A stretch of DNA of 64,000 nt from Octopus sinensis (taxonomy: Eukaryota), in contig NC_043026.1 in the NCBI RefSeq assembly GCF_006345805.1, positions 9,858,001 to 9,922,000 of the forward strand, written 5' to 3'. This document shows positions 37,975 to 50,464 of this stretch, piece after piece. The notes under the pieces are model-generated. The model was not told where the DNA came from. It was given only the letters and a program-made list of their open reading frames with translations, and did not search any database. A program made the translations under genes and the position numbers. The first letter of the stretch is position 1, and every line of letters starts with the position of its first letter.

Positions 37975-38890
37975 ATGATGTCCTTGATTTTTGCGGGATT
38001 TGGCTGCTATTTCTAGCTATCGATGAAAGATGTCTATAATTTGTGCAAGATTTTGCTACTATTTCCAGCTATCGACGAGAGATGTCTGATTTGTGCGAGA
38101 TTTGGCTGCTATTTCTAGCTATGGATGAGAGTTGTCTATGATTTTTGCGGGATTTGGCTGCTATTCTAGCAATCGATGAAAGATGTCTATAATTTGTGCA
38201 AGATTTTGCTACTATTTCCAGCTATCGACGAGAGATGTCTGATTTGTGCGAGATTTGGCTGCTATTTCTAGCTATGGATGAGAGTTGTCTATGATTTTTG
38301 CGGGATTTGGCTGCTATTTCTAGCAATCGATGAAAGATGTCTATAATTTGTGCAAGATTTAGCTACTATTTCCAGCTATCGACGAGAGATGTCTGATTTG
38401 TGCGAGATTTGGCTGCTATTTCTAGCTATGGATGAGAGTTGTCTATGATTTTTGCGGGATTTGGCTGCTATTTCTAGCAATCGATGAAAGATGTCTATAA
38501 TTGTGCAAGATTTTGCTACTATTCCAGCTATCGACGAGAGATGTCTGATTTGTGCGAGATTTGGCTGCTATTTCTAGCTATGGATGAGAGTTGTCTATGA
38601 TTTTTGCGGGATTTGGCTGCTATTTCTAGCAATCGATGAAAGATGTCTATAATTTGTGCAAGATTTAGCTACTATTTCCAGCTATCGACGAGAGATGTCT
38701 GATTTGTGCGAGATTTGGCTGCTATTTCTAGCTATGGATGAGAGTTGTCTATGATTTTTGCGGGATTTGGCTGCTATTTCTAGCAATCGATGAAAGATGT
38801 CTATAATTTGTGCAAGATTTAGCTACTATTTCCAGCTATCGACGGGAGATGTCTGATTTGTGCGAGATTTGGCTGCTATTTCTAGCTACA
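37975..38890 (+). repeat. 52-bp minisatellite arranged as about 6 copies of a 154-bp three-monomer higher-order repeat
   Basis: gttgtctatg recurs at 38131, 38284, 38438, 38590, 38744; monomer core gatttg(t)gcgggatttggctgctatttctagcta. Confidence 0.92.
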
Positions 38891-40013
38891 GAAGGTACTT
38901 TGCCAGGTTAGCTTTTCTTTCTTTAAGTTCTAGAAATATTCTCAAATACACTCCAACCACTAAAATGAGCAGAAATCAAGATATGATTTGATCCTTTCAC
39001 CTGCACGATTTTCACAAAGAAAATGAAAAAAACTCGGATTTTTGCGTGGAATCAAGTACCCTTACCTCCTAAACATGCTGCAAACTCCTTATTTTTGTTC
39101 GGAAAAGTGTGTGTGTGTGGGGGGGGGACAGCCCTCCAATATCCTGGAATCATTGGAAATTTCTTGGTCAAACTGAAGGTTTGACCTAAGCAAAAAAAAA
39201 AAAAAAGTAGTAAACGAATATGAACGGGAGGTGGGGAGAGGACTCGGAAAATTCACACGATCAATCTCACAGAATCCGAAATCTCAACGTTGAGCCCCGG
39301 TCACAAAAATTGAAAAAGAAATGGTGTAATAGGTGTAAAACAACATGTAGTAAACGAATATGAAAAAAAAAAAAAAATGCGAGCCCTGGTAAACGTGAGG
39401 CGGGTGAGAGGACTCGGAAAATTCCCATCAAGAATGTTCCAAGTCATCTCACCACTTCCTCGTTCGCCGGCGAAATATTTTCCTTCATGTTCGTTTGCTA
39501 TGCATGTTGATGTACACCTATTGCACTCTTTTACTTGTTTCAGTCATTTAACTGTGGCCATGCTGGAGCACTGCCTTTAGTCAAGCAAATCGACCCCAGG
39601 ACTTATTCTTTGTAAGCTCAGTACTTATTCTGAAAGGTTCAGCCTCCCAAGTTCGTTTATCAGCCCTTCCCCCCATGGGTGTCCCATTTCCACGTGTTCC
39701 CTCTACTTTGAGGGATCAGCACTTCCTTAGGGAGCTGTTGGCATCCAGCTTAATTGATCTCATTAGAAATGAATTTGTATTTTTTAAGTAACCACAATAC
39801 CTTACACTGTTGTTTCTCTATAATTTCAGAACATCAGACAACATTGACATAACAGAAGAAACATCCTCAACATCTACCACGTTTCAAAGACTAAAAGAAG
39901 AATATTGTACAAAACAGATGTATCAGATTGTGTTTTAAAAATCTGTTGAAGAATTCTTGTGAAACAATTCCTCAGAAGAAAAATATATAAACTGATATTT
40001 GAGAGGAAAAATA

Positions 40014-41852
40014 ATGGAAAAGAGTGAGAAAAGTGTAGAATTGATTTCCCCTGAACCCATGACAAAAGAGATGAGTTCATACGATTGTGATATCTGTACA
40101 AAGTCCTTCCTTCAAAAAAGTGACCTAACTATGCACAAACGTACTCATACAGGAGAGAAACCCTATCCTTGTGACATTTGTGGTAAATCATTCTCTTGCA
40201 GTAGTAAGTTATCTACACACATACGTTCCCATACAGGAGAGAAGCCGTATCATTGTGATATCTGTGGTAAATCATTTTCTCGAAGGAGTAATGTTACTGT
40301 GCACAAACGTATTCATACAGGAGAGAAACCATATCCCTGTGATATCTGTGGTAAATCATTCCCTCAAAGTAATCATTTAACTGAACACAAACGTATTCAT
40401 ACAGGAGAGAAACCTTATCATTGTGACATCTGTGGTAAATCATTCTCTCAAAGTATTCACTTATCTACACACATACGTATTCACACAGGAGAGAAACCAT
40501 ATAATTGTGATATCTGTGGTAAACAATTCTCTGACAATACTGCCTTAACAAAACACATACGTATTCATACAGGAGAGAAGCCATATCACTGTGATACTTG
40601 TGGTAAACGATTTTCTAGTAATAGATCCTTAACATCACATAATCATACTCACACAGGAAAGAAGCCATATCATTGTGATATCTGTGGTAAACCATGCTCT
40701 AATAAGGGCTACTTAACTGTACACAAACGTATTCATACAGGAGAGATGCGATATCATTGTGATATTTGTGGTAAACCATGTTCTAATAAAAGTGTCTTAA
40801 CATCACACAGGCGTATTCATACGGGAGAGAAACCATATCATTGTGATATTTGTGGTAAATCATTCTCTCAAAGTAATACATTGAAGGGACACAAATCCAT
40901 TCATACAGGAGAGAAGCCATATCACTGTGACATCTGTGGTAAATCATTTTCTCAAGGTAGTCACTTAACTATACATAAACGTATTCATACAGGAGAGAAG
41001 CCATATCATTGTGATATCTGTGGTAACCCATGTCCTAATAAAAGTGTCTTAACATCACACAGAATTATTCATGTGGGAGAGAAGCCATATCACTGTGATA
41101 TCTGTGGTGAATCATTCTCACATATTAATATCTTAACTACACATAAACGTATTCATACAGGAGAGAAAACATATCATTGTGATATTTGTACAAAATCATT
41201 CTCTGAAAGTTCTGCCTTAACAAAACACAAACTTATTCATACAGGAGAGACACCATATCATTGTGATATTTGTGGTAAACCATGCTCTAATAATAGTGCC
41301 TTAATGTCACACAAACGTATTCATTCAGGAGAGAGACCATATCATTGTGATATCTGTGGTAAATCATTCTCTCAAAGTAATACTTTAAAGGGACACAAAC
41401 GTATTCATACAGGAGAGAAGCCATATCAGTGTGATATCTGTGGTACATCATTCTCTCAAGGCAATCACTTAACTGTACATAGACGTATTCATACAGGAGA
41501 AACGCCATATCAATGTGATATTTGTGGTAAACCATGCTCTAATAATAGTGCTTTAACATCACACAGACGTGTTCATACAGGAGAGAAACAGTATCATTGT
41601 AATGTCTGTGGTAAATCATTCTTTGAAAATACTGCCTTAACAAAACATAGTCGCACTCATACAGGAGAGAAGCCATATCACTGTGATATCTGTGGTGAAT
41701 CATTCTCTCATAATAATATCTTAACTGCCCATAAACGTATTCATACAGGAGAGAAGCCATATCACTGTGATATTTGTGGTAAACACTTTTCTCACAATAG
41801 TAACTTTACAAAACATAAATATATTCATACTAGGGAGAAAGGAAAAGAGTAA
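40014..41852 (+). CDS. C2H2 zinc-finger protein (ZNF unit 3), 21 fingers
   Basis: Intact [15 protein letters not shown]...HTREKGKE*; acceptor at 39829. Confidence 0.95.
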   Translation: MEKSEKSVELISPEPMTKEMSSYDCDICTKSFLQKSDLTMHKRTHTGEKPYPCDICGKSFSCSSKLSTHIRSHTGEKPYHCDICGKSFSRRSNVTVHKRIHTGEKPYPCDICGKSFPQSNHLTEHKRIHTGEKPYHCDICGKSFSQSIHLSTHIRIHTGEKPYNCDICGKQFSDNTALTKHIRIHTGEKPYHCDTCGKRFSSNRSLTSHNHTHTGKKPYHCDICGKPCSNKGYLTVHKRIHTGEMRYHCDICGKPCSNKSVLTSHRRIHTGEKPYHCDICGKSFSQSNTLKGHKSIHTGEKPYHCDICGKSFSQGSHLTIHKRIHTGEKPYHCDICGNPCPNKSVLTSHRIIHVGEKPYHCDICGESFSHINILTTHKRIHTGEKTYHCDICTKSFSESSALTKHKLIHTGETPYHCDICGKPCSNNSALMSHKRIHSGERPYHCDICGKSFSQSNTLKGHKRIHTGEKPYQCDICGTSFSQGNHLTVHRRIHTGETPYQCDICGKPCSNNSALTSHRRVHTGEKQYHCNVCGKSFFENTALTKHSRTHTGEKPYHCDICGESFSHNNILTAHKRIHTGEKPYHCDICGKHFSHNSNFTKHKYIHTREKGKE

Positions 41853-42021
41853 TTACTGCAGTTTCTTATTTGCCATATATGTTTAATATTCCTCTCTGTT
41901 ATACAATGGAAATTATGACTGAAGTATTTCCAAAATTATTAGATGTTTTCCTTTTTGCAGTTTTCTCTTTCTGTTGCTTCCTTGAACTCAAACATTTATC
42001 TCTATTTAACCAACTCACATC

Positions 42022-42069
42022 GTCTCTGATGAAGGGATATCCATAATATCCCAGAAACGGCTGTAAAAC
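42022..42069 (+). ncRNA. Minimal hammerhead, paralogue of 48288 with a stem I mismatch
   Basis: Identical core and stems II/III; 3' strand of stem I is aaac instead of agac. Confidence 0.62.
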
Positions 42070-42147
42070 TATATCTATATCTCCTTATAAATGTCCTGAA
42101 AACCCGTCACAACCTTGACTTTGTTATCTCTTTTTGTCTAATTTATA

Positions 42148-42211
<64 letters not shown>

Positions 42212-42220
42212 CATATATAC

Positions 42221-43995
42221 TAGAGGTTGGGGTCCACCAGGGTTCAGTACTCAGCCCCCTCCTATTTATCATAGTCCTACAGGCAATTACGGAGGAATTC
42301 AAGACAGGTTGTCCTTGGGAGCTCCTCTACGCTGACGACCTTGCTCTTATTGCTGAGTCACTATCAGAGCTGGAGGAGAAGTTCCAGGTGTGGAAGGAGG
42401 TTTAGAATCGAGGGGCCTTAGAGTCAACCTAGCTAAAACCAAAGTACTAATAAGTAGGAAGGTAGACAATCCACAAATGTCTTCAGGAAGATGGCCCTGC
42501 TCGATCTGTAGAAAAGGTGTACGTAAAAACTCTATAAGATGTACCCAGTGTAAGCTATGGACACATAAGAGGTGCAGCAATGTCAAATATAGGCTAACTG
42601 GGAAGATAGTTTTTGTATGTGGCAGATGCTCAGGAGCATTAACCTCCGAAAATCTGCAGAAAATAACTTCAGTCACTTTCCAAGGGGAAAAACTAGAAGT
42701 AGTTGATGGCTTCCGTTATCTAGGTGACCAAGTCAGTAGTGGAGGTGGGTGCGCTGAAAGTGTAACTGCTAGAATAAGAATAGCCTGGGCAAAGTTTAGG
42801 GAGCTCTTACCTCTGCTGGTGACTAAAGGCCTCTCGCTCAGAGTAAAAGGCAGACTGTATGATGCGTGTGTACGAACAGCCATGCTACATGGCAGTGAAA
42901 CATGGGCCGTGACTGCCGAGGACATGTGTAAGCTCGTGAGGAATGAAGCCAGTATGCTCCGATGGATGTGTAATGTCAGTGTACATACTCGACAGAGCGT
43001 TAGCACCTTGAGAGAAATGTTGTACCTAAGAGGCATCAGTTGTGGTGTGCAAGAGAGACGATTGCGCTGGTATGGTCATGTGGCGAGAATGGATGAAGAT
43101 AGGTGTGTGAGAAAGTGCCAATCCTTAGCAGTTGAGGGAACCCGTGGAAGAGGTAGACCCAGGAAAACCTGGGACGAGGTGGTGAAGCACGACCTTCGAA
43201 CTTTAGGCCTCACTGAGGAAATGACCAGCGACCGAGACCTTTGGAAATATTCTGTACGTGAGAAGACCAGGCAGGACAAGTGAGCCCAGCCCACTTATGA
43301 ATGCCTTTCCTCCCTTGGACACAAAGACCTGTTGAGGCAAGCGAAGTCGATATAGAACCTCATCCGACGACAGGCACCCATGCCAACCCCCCTTTGCTTG
43401 CGAAGACATGTTGGGGCAAGCGAAATCGAAATCGAAGTCAAAATCGAATTGAACCAGCCAGGATCCCTGGTCTGGTGGTACGTAAAAAGCACTATCCGAC
43501 TCGTGGCCGATGCCAGTGCCGCCTCCGCTGGCTTCCGTGCCGGTGGCACGTAAAATACACCAATCTGACCGTACAACAGGCACCCATGCCAACCCCCTTG
43601 CTTGCGAAGACATGTTGGGGCAAGCGAAATCGAAATCGAATTGAACCAGCCAGGATCCCTGGTCTGGTGGTACGTAAAAAGCACCATCCGACTCGTGGCC
43701 GATGCCAGCACCGCCTCGTCTGGCTTCCGTGCCGGTGGCACATAAAATACACCAATCCGACCGTGGCCGTTGCCAGCCTCGCCTGGCACCTGTGCAGGTG
43801 GCACGTAAAAAGCACCCACTACACTCACGGAGTGGTTGGCGTTAGAAAGGGCATCCAGCTGTAGAAACACTGCCAGATAAGACTGGAGCCTGGTGCAGCC
43901 TTCTGGCTTCCCAGATCCCCGGTCGAACCGTCCAACCCATGCTAGCATGGAGAACGGACGTTAAACGACGACGATGATGATGATGATGATGATGA

Positions 43996-43998
<3 letters not shown>
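42221..43998 (+). mobile_element. 5'-truncated RTE-clade LINE: RT C-terminal half, Cys-rich insert, 3' UTR, (GAT)n tail
   Basis: GVHQGSVLSPLLF, LLYADDL, FRYLG, RRLRWYGHVAR, GRGRPRKTW motifs; 1-nt frameshift near 42400. Confidence 0.93.
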
Positions 43999-44073
<75 letters not shown>

Positions 44074-44095
44074 TATAATATATATATATATATAT

Positions 44096-44126
<31 letters not shown>

Positions 44127-44694
44127 GTAGTATGTAATCATATCAAAGGGAAATGGAATTTAATTAAAATAAAAAACATTTAACTAAAAATTTACATTTC
44201 CAGTGGTCTAACATGTAAAAAAGTTTAGTCAAAGAGACTATATATTAGTCATACGATACAGTGTATATTTAAACACATAAGGAATCCACGAAAATCTAAT
44301 TCGGATTCAGCGTCAAATATCCCATCAATATGAAACATTGAAATATTCTTTTCAAGATAATTGTAAACAGTAATTAAAACCACAAAGATCCAGTTATCCT
44401 TCTCGTATCTCCTTTTCCTCCATGTGATTCCAGTGCGTAACTTGTACTTATTTAATCGATCCCGAAAGGATGAAAGGCAAAGACGAACTCGGCGGAATTT
44501 GAACTCAGAACGTAGCGGCAGACGAAATTACCGCTCAGCTTTTCGCCCAGCGTGCTAAGATTTCTAATAATTCGCTGCCCTTACTCAGATATAGATATTA
44601 ACATAAACTCACGTAAATATAATCAGGTGCAATAAACGAAAATATAAAGGGATGTAAGGAGAGTTATGTGTATCAATTATTACTGCCAGGAGAC

Positions 44695-44870
44695 ACGCAT
44701 GCGCATTGGACGTACTTCCTAATTCATGTTCGTTTTCGTTTTCGATGTCCAGGTGCGTGAATTCCTCGAAATCTTCTTCTAATACTTTTATAATTCTTAT
44801 ATCGCATTTCTCAACTGCCAGACACACACATATATAACAACACTATCCTTTATGAAGCATTTCCGTAAGT
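44695..44870 (+). promoter_or_regulatory. ZNF unit 4 promoter cassette (donor at 44865)
   Basis: acgcatgcgcattggacgtacttcc...ttccGTAAGT. Confidence 0.65.
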
Positions 44871-46567
44871 ATTAAGCAAAGAAAATTTTCATTGTTTTTA
44901 ATTCTGTAGACTTTCGGTCTTTGGCGCGTCGATTCTTTGTGTCTTTTCTTACGTTTTATGAATGGGAGATGTCCTTGATTAGTGCGGGATTTGACTGCTA
45001 TTTCTAGCTATGAATGGGAGATGTCCTTGATTAGTGCGGGATTTGGCTGCTATTTCTAGCTATGGAAGGCAGATGTCCTTGATTTGTGCGGAATTGCTCA
45101 TATACATAAGTTGGATAATATCCGATTTGAGTGGGATTTTTTCCAAGTCACGGAAATTGATTTCCACTCGCTTTTACGGCACCAAAAACCATTAAAATTA
45201 GGCGAACCTAGCGCCTAGTCCCCCCCCCCCAACAGACCTATTTTTTTTTTCTTTTGCCTGTCTCCCATATTTTCGATGACGGAGATACCGAATATGCAAA
45301 AAAAAAAAGTACGTTTTCAAAATTTTTAATTCCCCTCCAACTTGATTTTTAACTTTTTTTCGAAAGTTTTTGTTTCAATCCACGTTGAAAAATATGGAGA
45401 TTAAGAATATGGTGTGTGTGGTGGGGAGAACAAATTTTAGTCTGAAATTCTTTATGAAAAACTCCAGAATTGATCATTAACGCCCCCTCGTCATTCCATC
45501 ATGCTGTCTAAATGTGAAAACGAATGGCTGTTTTGTCCGTTTTCGCATGCGTATAATAATAATAATGAAGTTATTGTATACAGTGCTCAGGTACACCACA
45601 ACTTGTCAGAAAGTGCGTATAAAAGATATGCAGTAAAGTACAAATGTCTGGGAAGTGAACAGTGTATGAGTCAGATACATGCTTGTGTGTGTGTATGGAG
45701 GGAAGAAAATCAGGTGTAGATTTGTGCGGGATTTGGCTGCTATTTTTGAGCCAAAAAATTAACTAACTAACTACAGTTTGTTCGAATGAGCAGAGAAAGA
45801 AGTACAAAAAAATAGATTTTACATATCTGTCGTAGAAGAGTGGTCCCGGGGCGCGCACTCACGCATCCAATTATTTTACGATCAACCAATTATTTTATCT
45901 TGTAAATTGAAGAATCTGATGTTATTTGGAACTAAAATTGAGAAATTTGGGTAATTTTAGCCAATCAACAGTGTGGCATTAGCAGCTAGTTACCATGACA
46001 CCAGGATGCTGTGTTGTGGTTCACTTCACTTGTTTATCAGCCCTTCCACCCATGTCTTCACGGGTGTCCCATTTCCACGTGTTCCCCCTACTTTGCGGGA
46101 TCAGCACTTCCTTAGGGAGCTGTTGACATCCAGCTTAATTGATCGCATTAGAAATGAATTTGTATTTTTTTACTAACCACAATATCTTACACTGTTGTTT
46201 CTCTATAATTTCAGAACATCAGACAACATTGACATAACAGAAGAAACATCCTCAACATCTACCACGTTTCAAAGACTAAAAGAAAATATTGTACAAAACA
46301 GATGTATCAGATTGTGTTTTACAAATCTGTGGATTTCTGTGAAACATTTGCTCTGCAATAGTATTATTTGTAAAATTTCTGAACATCACCGACTGGAGTG
46401 TCAAGAAGAGGGGCCTGTGTGTTGATTAAAGTTGGATAAATTGATTTAAGTGTTGCTAAACAAAGGTGACACTAGACAGAAATACAACAGTAGAAGTGTA
46501 TATAAGGAATAAAGTGTAAAAACAAAAGCAAGAAAAATATATAAATTGGGATTTGAGAGGAAAAATA

Positions 46568-47314
46568 ATGGAAAAGAGTGAGAAAAGTGTAGAATTGATT
46601 TCCCCTGAACCCAAGACAAAAGAGATGAGTTCATACGATTGTGATATCTGTACAAAGTCCTTCCTTCAAAAAAGTGACCTTCTTATGCACAAATGTACTC
46701 ATAGAGGAGAGAAACCGTATCCTTGTGACATTTGTGGTAAATCATTCTCTTGCAGTAGTAAGTTATCTACACACATACGTTCACATACAGGAGAGAAACC
46801 ATATCATTGTGATATCTGTGGTAAATCATTCTCTCGAAGGAGTAATGTTACTGCGCACAAACGTACTCATACAGGAGAAAAACCATATCATTGTGACATC
46901 TGTGTTAAATCATTCTCACAAAATATTCACTTAACTGATCACAAACGTATTCATGCAGGAGAGAAACCTTATCATTGTGATATTTGTGGTAAATCATTCT
47001 CTCAAAGTATTCGTTTATCTACACACATACGTATTCATTCAGGAGAGAAACCATATCATTGTGATATCTGTGGTAAATCATTCTCTGACAATAGAAACTT
47101 AACTGTACATAAACGTATTCATACAGGAGAGAAACCATATCATTGTGATATCTGTGGTAAATCATTCTCTCGAAGTAGTCACGTTACTGTGCACAAACGT
47201 ATTCATACAGGAGAGAAACCATATCACTGTGATATTTGTGGTAAACACTTTTCTCACAATAGTAACTTTACAAAACACAAATATATTCATACTAGGGAGA
47301 AAGGAAAAGAGTAA
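46568..47314 (+). CDS. C2H2 zinc-finger protein (ZNF unit 4), 8 fingers
   Basis: Intact ORF with the same leader and the same C-terminus as unit 3; acceptor at 46214, TACTAAC at 46171. Confidence 0.93.
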   Translation: MEKSEKSVELISPEPKTKEMSSYDCDICTKSFLQKSDLLMHKCTHRGEKPYPCDICGKSFSCSSKLSTHIRSHTGEKPYHCDICGKSFSRRSNVTAHKRTHTGEKPYHCDICVKSFSQNIHLTDHKRIHAGEKPYHCDICGKSFSQSIRLSTHIRIHSGEKPYHCDICGKSFSDNRNLTVHKRIHTGEKPYHCDICGKSFSRSSHVTVHKRIHTGEKPYHCDICGKHFSHNSNFTKHKYIHTREKGKE

Positions 47315-47689
47315 TTTCTGCAGTTTCTTATTTGCCATATATGTTTAATATTCCTCTGTGTTATACAATGGAAATTATGACTGAAGTATTTCCAAAATTA
47401 TTAGATGTTTTCCTTTTTGTAATTTTCTCTTTCTGCTGCTTCCTTGACCATTCATGCATTCCTTTTCCATGGTGTAAGGACTTCTGTACCAAAACTTCTC
47501 ATCCTCCTGACGATCCTACACTTTATTCTTTATTGGAGACTGCATCCACAAATTTCTGTGAATTTATTGCTTAGAGCAGTAGAAGCAGAGAGACAGTCTT
47601 GTAAGAATGGGAGCAGTTGGTAGCTGGAACAGAAGCTAGGAAACAGGACACTTTAGCAAGGAAAAAGTAGAGTATGTATATGTATGATT

Positions 47690-48405
47690 TTGATATACGT
47701 ACATACCCATCTACATATGTGCTGGTGCATCTCTTCCTATACACCCCTCCCAACTCCTCTCCTATCCTCCCCTCACATCTTGACCATCAACTAACACTTC
47801 TTTTCTCACTTCTTTCACCCTTTCTTCACTTTCCTTTTTTTTTCACCCTTTTCAATGTTTTCTACTCTCTTTTTATTATTTTTTGTCCCTTTTCTTTTTT
47901 CCTCTCATTTTCTCTTCCTGTCTTCATTTTGACCAACCTCCTCATTCTAATCATGCACATCTCTTCCCCCACCCCCATCTATCCACAGATACTCCCAATA
48001 CATTCTCAAATTTTCATTCACACCACAAAACCCCTTTGAATGAGCAACACCGAATCCACGGCACCACACTTAGAAATAACTAAACATGAACTACTATCGA
48101 AACTTACATACCATGTATAGGAAACTTTTTTACCACTTCTATACACCACTTTACTTGAATAATGGAACTGCAACTACAATATTTTGTATTTGACTTCTAC
48201 TTTCATTCTCTTATTTCCCTCTATATTCCCTACAATAATTCCTTATTTCGAACTCAAATATTTATCTCTATTTAACCAACTCACATCGTCTCTGATGAAG
48301 GGATATCCATAATATCCCAGAAACGGCTGTAAGACTATATCTATATCTCCTTATAAATGTCCTGAAAACTCCTCACAACCTTGACTTTGTTATCTCTTTT
48401 GTCTA

Positions 48406-48410
<5 letters not shown>
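47690..48410 (+). mobile_element. Penelope-like element terminal (pLTR) remnant carrying a hammerhead; shorter paralogue at 41985-42145
   Basis: Pyrimidine-rich tract, hammerhead motif, ends in a (TA)n tract. The assignment rests mainly on the ribozyme; the 5' boundary is approximate. Confidence 0.5.
48288..48335 (+). ncRNA. Minimal type I hammerhead ribozyme (Penelope-type)
   Basis: gtct-CTGATGA-a-gggatat-ccata-atatccc-a-GAAA-CggctG-TA-agac. Confidence 0.72.
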
Positions 48411-48451
<41 letters not shown>

Positions 48452-48556
48452 TTATATATATATATACTTATATATATATATACTTATATATATATATACT
48501 TATATATATATATACTTATATATTATATATATATTATATATATATACTTATATATT

Positions 48557-48587
<31 letters not shown>

Positions 48588-48588
48588 C

Positions 48589-48644
<56 letters not shown>

Positions 48645-48782
48645 ACACACACATATGCTGATACAAGACCCACATTAAACTCCTCATATTATTATCGAAC
48701 CAAGAGTTTAACTACGTTCTGTCCATAGCACTTACTTAGTGTTACCAGCCACTCTTTGTGTCTTCTAGATACCAATACACTT

Positions 48783-50376
48783 ATCATCATCATCGTCGTT
48801 TAGCGTCCGTTTTCCATGCTAGCATGGGTTGGACGGTTCTACTGGGGTCTGTGAAGCCAGAAGGCTTCATCAGGCCCAGTCAAATCTGGCAGTGTTTCTA
48901 CGGCTGGATGCCCTTCCTAACGCCAACCACTCCGTGAGTGTAGTGGGTGCTTTTTACGTGCCACCCGCACACTTCATCATCATCATCATTTAGCGTCCGT
49001 TTTCCATGCTAGCATGGGTTGGACGGTTCTACTGGGGTCTGTGAAGCCAGAAGGCTTCATCAGGCCCAGTCAAATCTGGCAGTGTTTCTACGGCTGGATG
49101 CCCTTCCTAACGCCAACCACTCCGTGAGTGTAGTGGGTGCTTTTTACGTGCCACCCGCACTGGTGCCAGACAGAGCTGGCAAACGGCCACGAACGGATGG
49201 TGCTTTTTATGTGCCACCGGCACGAGGGCCAGGCGAGGCTGGCAACGGACACGAAACGGGGCGGTGCTGGCAACGGTCGCGAAACGGAAAGTTCTCTTAC
49301 ATGCCACCGGCACTGGTAACACATCTGCAATTTCCATTGATCGATTTCCATTGATCGATTTCGATTCTGATCCTCACTTGCCTCAATGGGTCTTCACAAG
49401 CAGAGTTTCGACATGCCACCGGCACTGGTAGCACATCCGCAATTTCCATTGATCGATTTCGATTCTGATCCTCACTTGCCTCAACACGTCTTCACAAGTA
49501 GAGTTTTGTGTCCCAAGAAGGGAAGGTATGCATACGTAGGCTGGCTCCATCCCATGTAGAAGGCCACGGGTTGTGGACTCACTTGTCCTGCCGGGTCTTC
49601 TCGCGCACAGCACACTTCCAGAGGTCTCGGTCTCTAGTCATTTCCTCAGTGAGACCTAAAGTTCGAAGGTCGTGCTTCACCACCTCGTCCCAGGTTTTCC
49701 TGGGTCTGCCTCTTCCACAGGTTCCCTCAACCGCTAGGGTGTGGCACTTTTTCACACAACTAACTTCATCCATTCTCGCCACATGACCATACCAGCGCAA
49801 ACGTCTCTCTTGCACACCACAACTGATGCTTCTTAGGTCCAGCTTTTCTCTCAAGGTACTTACACTCTGCCGAGTGTGAGTACCGGCATTACACATCCAT
49901 CGGAGCATACTGGCTTCATTCCTAGCAAGCTTACGCATATCCTCAGCAGTCACGGCCCATGTTTCACTGCCATGTAGCATGGCTGTTCATACACACGCAT
50001 CATACAGTCTGCCTTTCACTCTGTGCGAGAGGCCTTTTGTCACCAGCAGAGGTAAGAGCTCTCTGAACTTTGCCCAAGCTATTCTTACTCTAGCAGTTAC
50101 ACTTTCAGCACACCCGCCCCCGCTGCTGACTTGGTCACCTAGGTAACGGAAATTATCAACTATTTCTAGTTTTTCTCCCTGGAAAGTGACGGAAGTTGGT
50201 CTCAGAGCATTTTCAGTGTTTATTGTTCCTGAGCATCTGCCACATACAAAAACCATCTTCCTAGTTAGCCTTCCTTTGACATTGCTGCATCTCTTATGTG
50301 TCCATAGCTTACACTTGGTGCATCTTATAGAGTTTCTACCTACACCTTTTCTACAGATCGAGCAGGGCCATCTACC
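48783..50376 (-). mobile_element. 5'-truncated RTE-clade LINE, same family, with duplicated tail
   Basis: ORFs 49987-50375 and 49579-49980 match the 42390-43283 protein; (CAT)n tail at 48783. Confidence 0.93.

Positions 50377-50464
<88 letters not shown>

Noticed and set aside
37975-38890. CRISPR-like array
   Set aside because: Units are contiguous monomers with no unique spacers, there are no cas genes, and the context is eukaryotic.
46195-46425. N-terminal effector domain encoded after the conserved acceptor (TSDNIDITEE...)
   Set aside because: The frame hits stops before the ZNF ATG in the units checked (1, 3, 4, 6); treated as 5' UTR. No KRAB, BTB, SCAN or ZAD domain is visible.
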